A stretch of DNA of 64,000 nucleotides from Pirellulales bacterium (GTDB lineage Bacteria > Planctomycetota > Planctomycetia > Pirellulales > UBA1268). Shown one piece after another: positions 27,625-35,714 of this stretch. Below the pieces are notes generated by a model, which was not told the DNA's origin, did no database searches, and worked only from the letters and a program-made list of their open reading frames with translations. How positions within the stretch are numbered: position 1 is the first letter of the stretch; the number at the start of each line of letters is the position of its first letter. The translations under genes were made by a program, and so were the position numbers. The stretch covers positions 3,548 through 67,547 of the forward strand of contig JBILWX010000003.1 of assembly GCA_044369655.1 (NCBI GenBank). The letters run 5' to 3'.

Positions 27625-29471
27625 GCAGCTCTCCATCTTGTTCCTTGCGGCAGGCTCTCGAGCGAATAATCGCCCGCCCGCATGGAAAGGTTCGGATTGT
27701 AAAACGGATCGCAGGCGAGCACGGTTCCCCAACGCTCGTGCATGAAGCGGACCTCCCGCTGGAATCGCGCGATTTTTTCCGGATTATCTTCCAGGCCCCG
27801 CGATGCCGATTCGTGGTGGATCAGTTCGGCGAAGGGTGTCCAGATGTTGCGATAACCGGCGGCCCTCAACCGCAGGCAGAAGTCGATGTCGTTGAAGGCC
27901 ACGGCGATCTGTTCGTCGAGTCCCCCGACCTCTTCGAACACCGCCCGCCGCACCATCAGGCAGGCGCCCGTCACGGCCGAAAGTTCCTGCTGCAGCACCG
28001 CGCGAGAGAAGTATCCCTGACTTCCCTTTGGCAGGCGAGGGTGGGCGTGCCCGGCAACACCGCCGATGCCGATGATCACGCCGCCGTGCTGGAGCGTGCC
28101 GTCGGGATACCACAGCCTGGCTCCGACGGCCCCAACATCCGGCTTGATGGTGAAAGAGACCATTTCCTCAAGCCAGTCAGGCGTGATCACCTCGATGTCG
28201 TCGTTGAGGAGGCAGACCAGTTCGCCCCGGCAATGAGCGACTGCGCGGTTGTTCAGGCGGGAGTAGTTAAACGGCGAATCGTCACGGATCACCCGGATTC
28301 CAGGCTGCTGAGCCAGCGAGTCGAGATAGGCAACCGCTTGCGGATCTCGGCTGCCGTTGTCGACGATCACGAGTTCGTAGTTCGCGTAGGTCGAACGTGT
28401 GCGGATCGACGTGACTGCCGTCCGCAAGAGGGCTTCATGATCGCGGGTGCAGATGACCAGCGACACGAGCGGGAGTCTGGCGGGCTGCGGATACCGGATG
28501 CGATGAAACGCCGGTGCTTCAGGAGCCATTTCGACAGCGCCGCCGCCGAGTGATTGCAGGTGTTCGGCGACAGCCCGCCGGGCCGCATCCTCGCAGAAAT
28601 CCTTCTGGTTCCTGGCAAGGGCGACGCTGCCGGCAATTGCCCGCCAGTGGTAGAGAATCCGCGGGATGTGCACGATCTGGCTGTGTGGGATCGCAGCGAC
28701 GACCCGTAACGCGAGATCGTAGTCCTGGGAGCCGTCGAAACCGGCGCGAAAACCGCCCAAGGAGCAGATGAGATCGCGGCGATAGACACCGAGATGGCAG
28801 ACCATATTTTGGGCGAGGAACAGCTCGTAGTTGAAATCCGGCTTGAAGTAGGGTTCAAAACGCCTGCCCTCGGCGTCAATCTTGTCTTCGTCTGAGTAGA
28901 GCAACTGCACATCCGGGTGCCGGTTGATCGATTCCGCGACCCAGTAGAGGGCGTCTGGCGGCAGAATGTCGTCATGGTCGAGCAGGGCGACGAATTCCCC
29001 GGTGGCCATGGCCAGGGCCGTGTTCGAGGCGGCTGCAATATTTCCGCGGGATTCGCGAAATTCCACTTTGATGCGGGAGTCTGCGGCCGCGTGCCGTTCG
29101 AGCAGCTCGCGCATGCCGGCCGTGGAGGAGGCATCGTCGGCAATGCACAGTTCCCAGTTCGTGTAGATCTGCTTCCGAAGAGAGCAGATGGAGGCGTCGA
29201 GAATCTCTCGGGGGGTGTTGCAGACGGGCATGACGATAGAAATGACGGGCTGCAGTGCCAGCCTCTGGGCCGCCGCCCGCAGCATCGTCAGGTCGCGAGT
29301 GGAGGGCGTCTCGTGATCGCGTACCCACTTCCGGTAGCGTGCCGTGGCCCGCTGCTGCGGTCTGTGCCTTCCTTCTCGAAGCTGGCGACAGATCTTCCGC
29401 AGCCGGTCAGTGGGCCCAGCAGCCAATGGAAAGCGAGCGACTGCATTACCTAGCAGTTTGCCGATCTTCAT
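27621..29471 (-). CDS. two-module family 2 glycosyltransferase
   Basis: Two GT-A modules. The first is ISIVMPVCN..ADDASS..LDHDD. The second is VSLVICTRD..VDNGS..LLNDD. ATG at 29471. Confidence 0.85.
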   Translation of the reverse strand: MKIGKLLGNAVARFPLAAGPTDRLRKICRQLREGRHRPQQRATARYRKWVRDHETPSTRDLTMLRAAAQRLALQPVISIVMPVCNTPREILDASICSLRKQIYTNWELCIADDASSTAGMRELLERHAAADSRIKVEFRESRGNIAAASNTALAMATGEFVALLDHDDILPPDALYWVAESINRHPDVQLLYSDEDKIDAEGRRFEPYFKPDFNYELFLAQNMVCHLGVYRRDLICSLGGFRAGFDGSQDYDLALRVVAAIPHSQIVHIPRILYHWRAIAGSVALARNQKDFCEDAARRAVAEHLQSLGGGAVEMAPEAPAFHRIRYPQPARLPLVSLVICTRDHEALLRTAVTSIRTRSTYANYELVIVDNGSRDPQAVAYLDSLAQQPGIRVIRDDSPFNYSRLNNRAVAHCRGELVCLLNDDIEVITPDWLEEMVSFTIKPDVGAVGARLWYPDGTLQHGGVIIGIGGVAGHAHPRLPKGSQGYFSRAVLQQELSAVTGACLMVRRAVFEEVGGLDEQIAVAFNDIDFCLRLRAAGYRNIWTPFAELIHHESASRGLEDNPEKIARFQREVRFMHERWGTVLACDPFYNPNLSMRAGDYSLESLPQGTRWRAA

Positions 29472-29821
29472 GCTCGTGAAGGTCCTGACCGACGACGGTT
29501 CGTCCTGCGTGTGACGAAAGCAGTGGCTCGCGCCACGGATCCGCGGCGGGGATCAAGTTGCCTGCTCTTCCACGCACCCACGCACTGGCGCGTGTGGTTG
29601 GGGAGGCTAGGCGACGTGGCCGGGATGCCGCCAGATCAGTTTTCGGGGGCGATTTGGGAGGGTGGGGGTAGCCTGGAAACGCGGGGATCGGTCACTGTCC
29701 GCCAGGCAGCTCGTCGGGAGACAACTGTGCAGAACGCACACTGTTCTTGCCGAAAACTAACACGCGCACCCCTCTCTGGAGGGGTTCTCCAAAGCTCGAA
29801 GAAACCTGAGCCCAAACACAT

Positions 29822-30727
29822 ATGAGCCGCCTTACCCGCATGATCCAGTCGGTCTGTTCGCTCCGCGATGCTTTGGGGGATCACAGCCTCCTGCCGCTGC
29901 AACAGCCCGATTTTCCCGTCGCCGTCTGCTGGTCGGCGAAAAGCGGCTGCACGACAGTGCTGAAATGGTTCCTGTCACACAACCGACTGCTCGACCAGGC
30001 GCTTGCCTACAGCAGGTGGGTCCACGACTACCGGCAGCAGAAGTTGTTTCAGGCGCCCGGCTATCGCCGGCAGTGCGAGCGGCTCTTCAAGAAACGGTCC
30101 AGAAATCGTTTCATCGTCAAGGTGATCCGCGATCCCGCCACCAGAGCCGTCAGCAGCTTTCTGCATTACCAGCGGTGTGGCTACGATCTGCAGCGGTTTC
30201 CGGATGCCGCGGTGGTGACGAAGTGGAAGATTGCCGTCGGCCTTGAACGCCAATCGGGCCTCAGTTTTCGGCAGTTTCTCATGTTTGTGACGAGCCAGAG
30301 GCTCAACGGCTGTCGGCTTAACCCGCATTTTCGTCCGCAATTCGACCCCCAGCAGGATCCCTGCATTGATGCTTGCATTCGTCTTGAAGATCTGGCCGAC
30401 GGACTGCGTGCGGTCGAAGACCGTGTCGGATTGCCCCATATCGCCCTTCCCGGCCTGAGCCAATCCGCTCACCACAATCCCGCGACCGCCGGCCACGCCT
30501 GGCCGACGCATGCCGCGGCGTTTCCCGCCGACCAGAACACGCTCAACGAGCTCGGTACGCCTCCTGCGCAGGCCTTCCTCGACCCCGAAACGAAAATGCT
30601 CATTCGGATGGCCTATGGGAGCGACTACGAGGCCTACGGCGAGTATTACGACGCGGCACCGGCCGCCCTGCGTATCTCTGCAGCCAGGCGAGTCACATAC
30701 GCCGAGGCTCGGCGGTCGGCGGCCTAA
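29822..30727 (+). CDS. sulfotransferase family protein (carbohydrate sulfotransferase-like), copy 1
   Basis: 5'-PSB-like loop WSAKSGCTTVLKWF and 3'-PB-like VIRDPATRAVSSF. Paralog of 41169..42080. ATG at 29822. Confidence 0.6.
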   Translation: MSRLTRMIQSVCSLRDALGDHSLLPLQQPDFPVAVCWSAKSGCTTVLKWFLSHNRLLDQALAYSRWVHDYRQQKLFQAPGYRRQCERLFKKRSRNRFIVKVIRDPATRAVSSFLHYQRCGYDLQRFPDAAVVTKWKIAVGLERQSGLSFRQFLMFVTSQRLNGCRLNPHFRPQFDPQQDPCIDACIRLEDLADGLRAVEDRVGLPHIALPGLSQSAHHNPATAGHAWPTHAAAFPADQNTLNELGTPPAQAFLDPETKMLIRMAYGSDYEAYGEYYDAAPAALRISAARRVTYAEARRSAA

Positions 30728-31805
30728 CGTCCGATGCGTGACGCATGAACGACAGGAAGTTCCGAAATGTAAACTTGCGACGTACCGCGACATCACGAAT
30801 GGAATCGCAACTCGCCTTCGCATCTCGTTGTTCAGTGGCTGCCACTCCGAGCGGGTCGGCGACGGACGTGATAGCGATGAATTTCTTGCAGGCTCGCCAA
30901 TCGGCCGTGTCTTGCATGGACTCGTAAAGCCACAAGAGTTCGGCAGCGCGAAATCCCCTTGGAAGTGGTTGCTCGTGCGGGGTGTTTAGCAGGCTTCCAA
31001 CAATCTCGTCTTGGCCAACAGCATGTACCCCAAGGACGGCCGCCATCTCTTCTGGATGTGACTGGAACGCTTTCCAGTGGAGAAGCATGTTTTCCGTTGC
31101 GCAGCGCATCCGCACGTCGAGCCGGTTGCCGCTTGCATTACGCTCGTGGTCGAGTACACGAAACAGTGTCAGCGGCTCTTGCACCACCCACAATTCTTGC
31201 TCGAGGAGGACTCGAACCCACATGTCAAGATCGGGAAGCTGGGCCATCCGTTGGTCATATAGACCGAGCGATTCGTACACCTCGGCACGCATGAGCACAC
31301 TCGGATGGCAGAGACAGTTTCCAGACAGAATGAGTCGCTTCAGCCAGTCTCGACGGGGGCGGTTTGGCTGATCGAATACGGCCTTGAGGCAATTGCTGTC
31401 GCCGAGATGGCGACCCCGCTCGTCGATGATGTCGGCGGTCGTGAAGATGGCCGCCGCTTCTGGGTGTTGCGCAAACGCGTCGAGTTGGAGGGCGAGCTTT
31501 TCCGGCAGCCACGCATCGTCGGAGTTGAGGACGGCGATGTACCGGCCTCTTGCCCGCCGTATGCAGTGGTTGAGGGCTACGCATGCCGACCTGTTCTCCG
31601 GAAACCGCTCGATCCGAATCCTGTCATCTCGGATGCCGTCGAGGGCTTCGATCGTGCCATCGCTCGATCCGTCATCGGTGATCACGAGTTCCCAGTCGGC
31701 GAACGTTTGATTCAGCACGCTCTCGACGGCGATCCGGATGAACGGGGCGTGATTATACGACGCCATACAGACAGAGATGACGGGTGAGGCGGAGACCGCT
31801 GTCAT
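30693..31805 (-). CDS. family 2 glycosyltransferase
   Basis: VISVCMASYNHAPFI..ITDDGSSDGT..LNSDDAW. ATG 31805 overlaps the upstream stop (ATGA at 31802..31805). The 3' end overlaps the convergent sulfotransferase by 35 nt. Confidence 0.85.
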   Translation of the reverse strand: MTAVSASPVISVCMASYNHAPFIRIAVESVLNQTFADWELVITDDGSSDGTIEALDGIRDDRIRIERFPENRSACVALNHCIRRARGRYIAVLNSDDAWLPEKLALQLDAFAQHPEAAAIFTTADIIDERGRHLGDSNCLKAVFDQPNRPRRDWLKRLILSGNCLCHPSVLMRAEVYESLGLYDQRMAQLPDLDMWVRVLLEQELWVVQEPLTLFRVLDHERNASGNRLDVRMRCATENMLLHWKAFQSHPEEMAAVLGVHAVGQDEIVGSLLNTPHEQPLPRGFRAAELLWLYESMQDTADWRACKKFIAITSVADPLGVAATEQRDAKASCDSIRDVAVRRKFTFRNFLSFMRHASDVRPPTAEPRRM

Positions 31806-32404
31806 GGACACCTTCCAGTACGGGAATGACACGCTTCGGCGGCGACGCGACTCTGATGCAGGTTTTCGAGCTCGAGGATTCGGCGACTGCGGTCGCGGAG
31901 CCGTCGCAACGGATTGCCTGCATAGATGGTGAACGCCTCGCAGTCCCGTTTCACGAGGCTGAGGGCTCCAATGGCCGCCCCCTCCCCGATGGTGACCCCG
32001 GGCAGCACAACGGATCCCGATCCGACGATGGCATGGCGACCGATCGTGACCGGCGCGCTGGATATGCCCGTGTAGATTCCGGGAATAGTCGGGTTCGTGA
32101 GGTGTTCGCCGGAGTAGTCATCGTTGCTTGAAAACACAGAGACGCGTGACGAGATGTTGCTGTAGTCCTCGAGCGTGATACGTCCGGCCCCGATGAGCGA
32201 CGAGTAGACGGCGACGTGGATGAAACTGCCGATCGCAACGCCGCCAGGCCCTGCCGAGAGCACGCAGAAATCATCGATGCGGACATCGTTTCCCAGTGAG
32301 ATGGCGGACGGGTTGTAGAGCGACGCCTTTGTCGACAGCCGTACGTTGCGGCCGTAGGATGCGAGCCCCAGGCCGGCCAATTCCGCCTCCGTGTAGTAGG
32401 CCAT
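31802..32404 (-). CDS. hexapeptide-repeat (left-handed beta-helix) acetyltransferase
   Basis: Hexapeptide repeats (LGNDVRIDDFCVLS, IGRHAIVGSGSVVLPGVTIGEGAAIGALSLV). ATG at 32404 (MAYYTE..). Confidence 0.8.
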   Translation of the reverse strand: MAYYTEAELAGLGLASYGRNVRLSTKASLYNPSAISLGNDVRIDDFCVLSAGPGGVAIGSFIHVAVYSSLIGAGRITLEDYSNISSRVSVFSSNDDYSGEHLTNPTIPGIYTGISSAPVTIGRHAIVGSGSVVLPGVTIGEGAAIGALSLVKRDCEAFTIYAGNPLRRLRDRSRRILELENLHQSRVAAEACHSRTGRCP

Positions 32405-32444
32405 GATGGAGTTCCTGAGCGGGCGCAACGGCGAGCGCCGCAGG

Positions 32445-33110
32445 TCACGCGGACGCCTCGACGATCAAGTCGCCATGGTAGGGCCGTGTTTCCAAACCAG
32501 TCAGCGGCTCGTGGGTTGACTGCCGCCAGGCGCAGCGGGTCACTGAGCGAAAACCAGTTTCCCTGAGCAGCGCGGTGAGTTTCGACTCGTCGTAGACATA
32601 TTGGTGGCCCCAGCACCGCATTCCTTCGTTGACCAGGTCGCACGGCGTCAACGGCTCCCAGCCCATATCAGCCCACTCACGAACATTTCCGTCAACGTAC
32701 ATCCGCGCAAGCATTACGAGATCCGGTGTGCTCATCCGGAGCACACCATTGTGCATTAGCAGCCGGCGGCATTCGGAGAGCAATAGTCGTCCCTCGGCGA
32801 GTGACAGATGCTCGATGAAGTGCTCGGAATAAATAAATTGCACGCTGGCATTCGGGAGCGGCAGCGGCGTGGCCAGATCCCACGCGAATGTCGTGAGACC
32901 GTTGCCTTCGATGTCGATGTTTGTCCAGTTGTCGTAAATCTTCGCACCGTGTCCGAGTCCGGCTATTCCGCACCCGAGATGAAGGCGCCGGGTTGACAGA
33001 GCGCTCGCCTTCAATCGCTCTCCGTCAGGTCGACTACGTGCGGGAACAAGCGATTCGGCGACGCCGCCGAAGACTCTGGAAACTGTCGCTGAAAGGAACG
33101 ACTCTGCCAT
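32445..33110 (-). CDS. class I SAM-dependent methyltransferase (type 11-like)
   Basis: LHLGCG, SEHFIEHL and GVLRMSTPD. ATG at 33110, preceded on the mRNA by GGAG plus C8. Confidence 0.75.
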   Translation of the reverse strand: MAESFLSATVSRVFGGVAESLVPARSRPDGERLKASALSTRRLHLGCGIAGLGHGAKIYDNWTNIDIEGNGLTTFAWDLATPLPLPNASVQFIYSEHFIEHLSLAEGRLLLSECRRLLMHNGVLRMSTPDLVMLARMYVDGNVREWADMGWEPLTPCDLVNEGMRCWGHQYVYDESKLTALLRETGFRSVTRCAWRQSTHEPLTGLETRPYHGDLIVEASA

Positions 33111-33118
33111 GGGGGGGG
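33111..33118 (-). repeat. homopolymeric G8 (C8 on the mRNA strand) between SD and start codon
   Basis: The plus strand reads cat-gggggggg-ctcc. The mRNA reads aatcGGAGccccccccATG. Confidence 0.9.
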
Positions 33119-33157
33119 CTCCGATTGATGGTGTGAAGTGCGAGGGCCATGCGTGCT

Positions 33158-34396
33158 CTAGGCCGCGGTCCGCAGTCTTGGGGTCGCCGATAGCGCCGAG
33201 CGTACGGCAGCGACGGCGCCGAAAGTCGACAAGAGGATGTCGCCGATCAGAGCAATGTCGGTGGTGGTCACGCCAGCACCTGTTGGGAGAGCGAAGATCG
33301 TGTCGCAGAGCGTGTCGGTGTGCGGAAGGTGCGGCATCATTGCCGGCGGCACGTTGCGGTATGGCATGCTTCGGTGACAGCCGGGGTGAAAGTACCGCCT
33401 CGCGATGACGTTCTCGGCCTGTAGAACCTGTACGAGTTCATCGCGGGTGAACGGGCAGGCGTCGCGATCCACCTGGACGATGACGTATTGATAGTTGTTC
33501 TGCTCGAACTCGTCGTATTCGTAAAGCGACAGGCCAGGGAGGTCGGCGAGCACCCGACGATACGCTGCCCGATTCGTCGTGTTGGTTGCGATCAGGGCCT
33601 CAAGATGCTCGAGACTGCCGATACCGACCACGGCCGAGAACTCATCGAGTTTCGCGTTGGTGCCCAGGGCGACCACATTATCGAAGCCCGCGAACCCAAA
33701 GTTTCGCAGCAGACGGAGCCGTTGTGCGAGCTGCTTGTCCGGCGTCAGGATGGCCCCGCCCTCGAGGCTCTGGATGAATTTCGTCGCGTGGAAGCTTACG
33801 ACTGAAGCCGTGCCGAGGCGGCCCATGGGGATTCCACGGTACGTGCAACCCAGTGCGTGTGCGGCGTCGAAAATCAGCGGAAGATGGTGTCTCCTGGCCA
33901 CAGATTCCAGCTCCGCGACATGACACATGCGGCCCCAAAGGTGCACCCCGACAATGGCAGCGGTCTGTGCGGTCACCTGCTCCGCCACCCGCGCCGGGTC
34001 GATAGTGTGTGTCTGCGGGTCGACATCGACGAAGACGGGCTCCAGTCCTTCCCAGAAACAGGCGTGGGCGGTGGCAATGAAGGTGTAGGAAGGGAGAATC
34101 ACAGTCCCGGACACGCCGAGTGCCTTGAGCAGGAGTTGCATGCCGATCGTGGCATTGCAGACCGCGACTACCTCGACCTCGCCGTTGAGTGCGCTCAGCC
34201 GGCGTTCGAAGTCCTGCACGAAAGGACCGTCATTGGTGAGGCGTTTCGCGTCGAGCATCTGGTCGAGCCGAGCGTGAAGCGTTGCGCGGTCTGGAATCGT
34301 CGGTGTTCCGACGTATTTGGGTGTCGCGAAACGCGGCTCTCCTCCACATACCGCCAAGGTGCGGGTCGGAGAGCAGGCATGATTGCGTTCGGTCAT
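33158..34396 (-). CDS. DegT/DnrJ/EryC1/StrS-family sugar aminotransferase
   Basis: AVCNATIGMQLLL, FDAAHALG and SFHATKF (PLP lysine). ATG at 34396 (MTERNH..); the track ORF reaches 34507. Confidence 0.85.
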   Translation of the reverse strand: MTERNHACSPTRTLAVCGGEPRFATPKYVGTPTIPDRATLHARLDQMLDAKRLTNDGPFVQDFERRLSALNGEVEVVAVCNATIGMQLLLKALGVSGTVILPSYTFIATAHACFWEGLEPVFVDVDPQTHTIDPARVAEQVTAQTAAIVGVHLWGRMCHVAELESVARRHHLPLIFDAAHALGCTYRGIPMGRLGTASVVSFHATKFIQSLEGGAILTPDKQLAQRLRLLRNFGFAGFDNVVALGTNAKLDEFSAVVGIGSLEHLEALIATNTTNRAAYRRVLADLPGLSLYEYDEFEQNNYQYVIVQVDRDACPFTRDELVQVLQAENVIARRYFHPGCHRSMPYRNVPPAMMPHLPHTDTLCDTIFALPTGAGVTTTDIALIGDILLSTFGAVAAVRSALSATPRLRTAA

Positions 34397-34433
34397 CGTG
34401 AGCTTTCCAGAATGACGGTGGATTCCTGTGCCC

Positions 34434-35510
34434 TCAGTTGACGGCGCTGGTTGCGTCGACAAGCCCCAGACGGTGCCGTCGATAGCCACCGCTGGTGATG
34501 TTTTCAATCCACGGACCGTTGTCGAGATACCAGGCGACGGTGTGACTGATCGCCTCGTCGAAAGATAGGCTCGGCCGCCAGCCCAGTTCCGACTCGATCT
34601 TGCCGAAGTCGATGGCGTAGCGGCGGTCGTGGCCCGGCCGGTCCTTCACGAAGCTGATCAGCGACGTGCAGGGAGCGTGGGGTAATCCCGGCCGCAGCGT
34701 GTCGACGGCCTTGCAGATGGCGTGCACCACCTCCAGATTCCGTTTCTCACTGTCACCCCCGATGTTGTAGACCTCGCCGAGCCGTCCGCGGGCGAGCACC
34801 GCACGAATCGCACGGCAATGGTCGCCTACATAGAGCCAGTCGCGGACCTGCGCTCCGTCGCCATAGACGGGCAGGGGCTTGCCCTCGAGGCAGTTGAGGA
34901 TCATCACCGGGATGAGCTTCTCGGGAAACTGGTAGGGACCGTAGTTGTTGGAGCAGTTGGTCGTGAGCGTGGGCAGACCATAGGTGTGATGGTAGGCGCG
35001 GACGAAATGGTCGCTTGAGGCCTTCGAGGCCGAGTACGGGGAGTTGGGCGCATAGGCGGTCGTCTCGGTGAACTTGCCCGTCGGGCCCAGCGAGCCATAC
35101 ACCTCGTCCGTGGAGACATGCAGGAATCGGAACTCCCGTTGCTCGGCCTCCGGCAGGCTCTTCCAATACCGTCGCGCCTCCTCGAGCAGGCGGAACGTTC
35201 CAAGAACGTTGGTTTCCACAAACGCCGCCGGACCGTCGATCGAGCGGTCCACATGGCTTTCCGCGGCAAAATTGACGATCGCCCGTGGCCGATGGTTTGC
35301 CAGGAGCCGCGCCACCAGGTCGCTGTCGCCAATGTCGCCCTGCACGAAGATATGCCGCGGGTTCGCCGCCACGTCGCGGAGCGATTCGAGATTGCCTGCA
35401 TAGGTCAGTTTGTCGAGGTTGACGACAGCCGATCGCTCTTCGGCGATCCATTGCCGCACGAACTCGCCGCCGATGAATCCGGCTCCGCCGGTGACCACGA
35501 TGGGTTGCAT
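34434..35510 (-). CDS. rmlB: dTDP-glucose 4,6-dehydratase
   Basis: [12 protein letters not shown] and [10 protein letters not shown] (YxxxK). ATG at 35510 preceded by a GAGGA SD; the track start at 35528 is a TTG. Confidence 0.95.
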   Translation of the reverse strand: MQPIVVTGGAGFIGGEFVRQWIAEERSAVVNLDKLTYAGNLESLRDVAANPRHIFVQGDIGDSDLVARLLANHRPRAIVNFAAESHVDRSIDGPAAFVETNVLGTFRLLEEARRYWKSLPEAEQREFRFLHVSTDEVYGSLGPTGKFTETTAYAPNSPYSASKASSDHFVRAYHHTYGLPTLTTNCSNNYGPYQFPEKLIPVMILNCLEGKPLPVYGDGAQVRDWLYVGDHCRAIRAVLARGRLGEVYNIGGDSEKRNLEVVHAICKAVDTLRPGLPHAPCTSLISFVKDRPGHDRRYAIDFGKIESELGWRPSLSFDEAISHTVAWYLDNGPWIENITSGGYRRHRLGLVDATSAVN

Positions 35511-35714
35511 GCTGTCCTCGTCGCTCAAAACCCCACGGAAAATCTCTCGAAGAGATGGTGGAATACGCTTTTCGTGGTCTGTTCGCCAGACCGGAATGGG
35601 GCCTGGTCGAAGACGAACCGGTTTGATCTGGTGACTGGTACCGGGATGCGGTACCGTCCCGCGTCCATTTCCCAGGTTCCCTGCCCCTCCGCTCGACTCC
35701 GGAAATCAAGGCCG

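Noticed and set aside
29511-29825. 104-aa ORF in the 350-bp divergent spacer between the two-module GT2 and the sulfotransferase
   Set aside because: It has no SD and atypical codon usage, and it runs into the sulfotransferase start. It is more likely a promoter region. The small hairpin cccctc-tctg-gagggg at 29769..29784 was noted but is too short to interpret.
29975-30823. Antisense ORFs inside both sulfotransferase paralogs (29975..30823 and 41052..41981) that are similar to each other
   Set aside because: Their similarity simply follows from the paralogy of the sense genes. They have no start context or motifs.
35542-35556. Small inverted repeat atctct-cga-agagat in the rmlB/GT2 divergent promoter region
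   Set aside because: The arms are only 6 bp, which is expected by chance in 64 kb, and there is no second copy to support an operator role.
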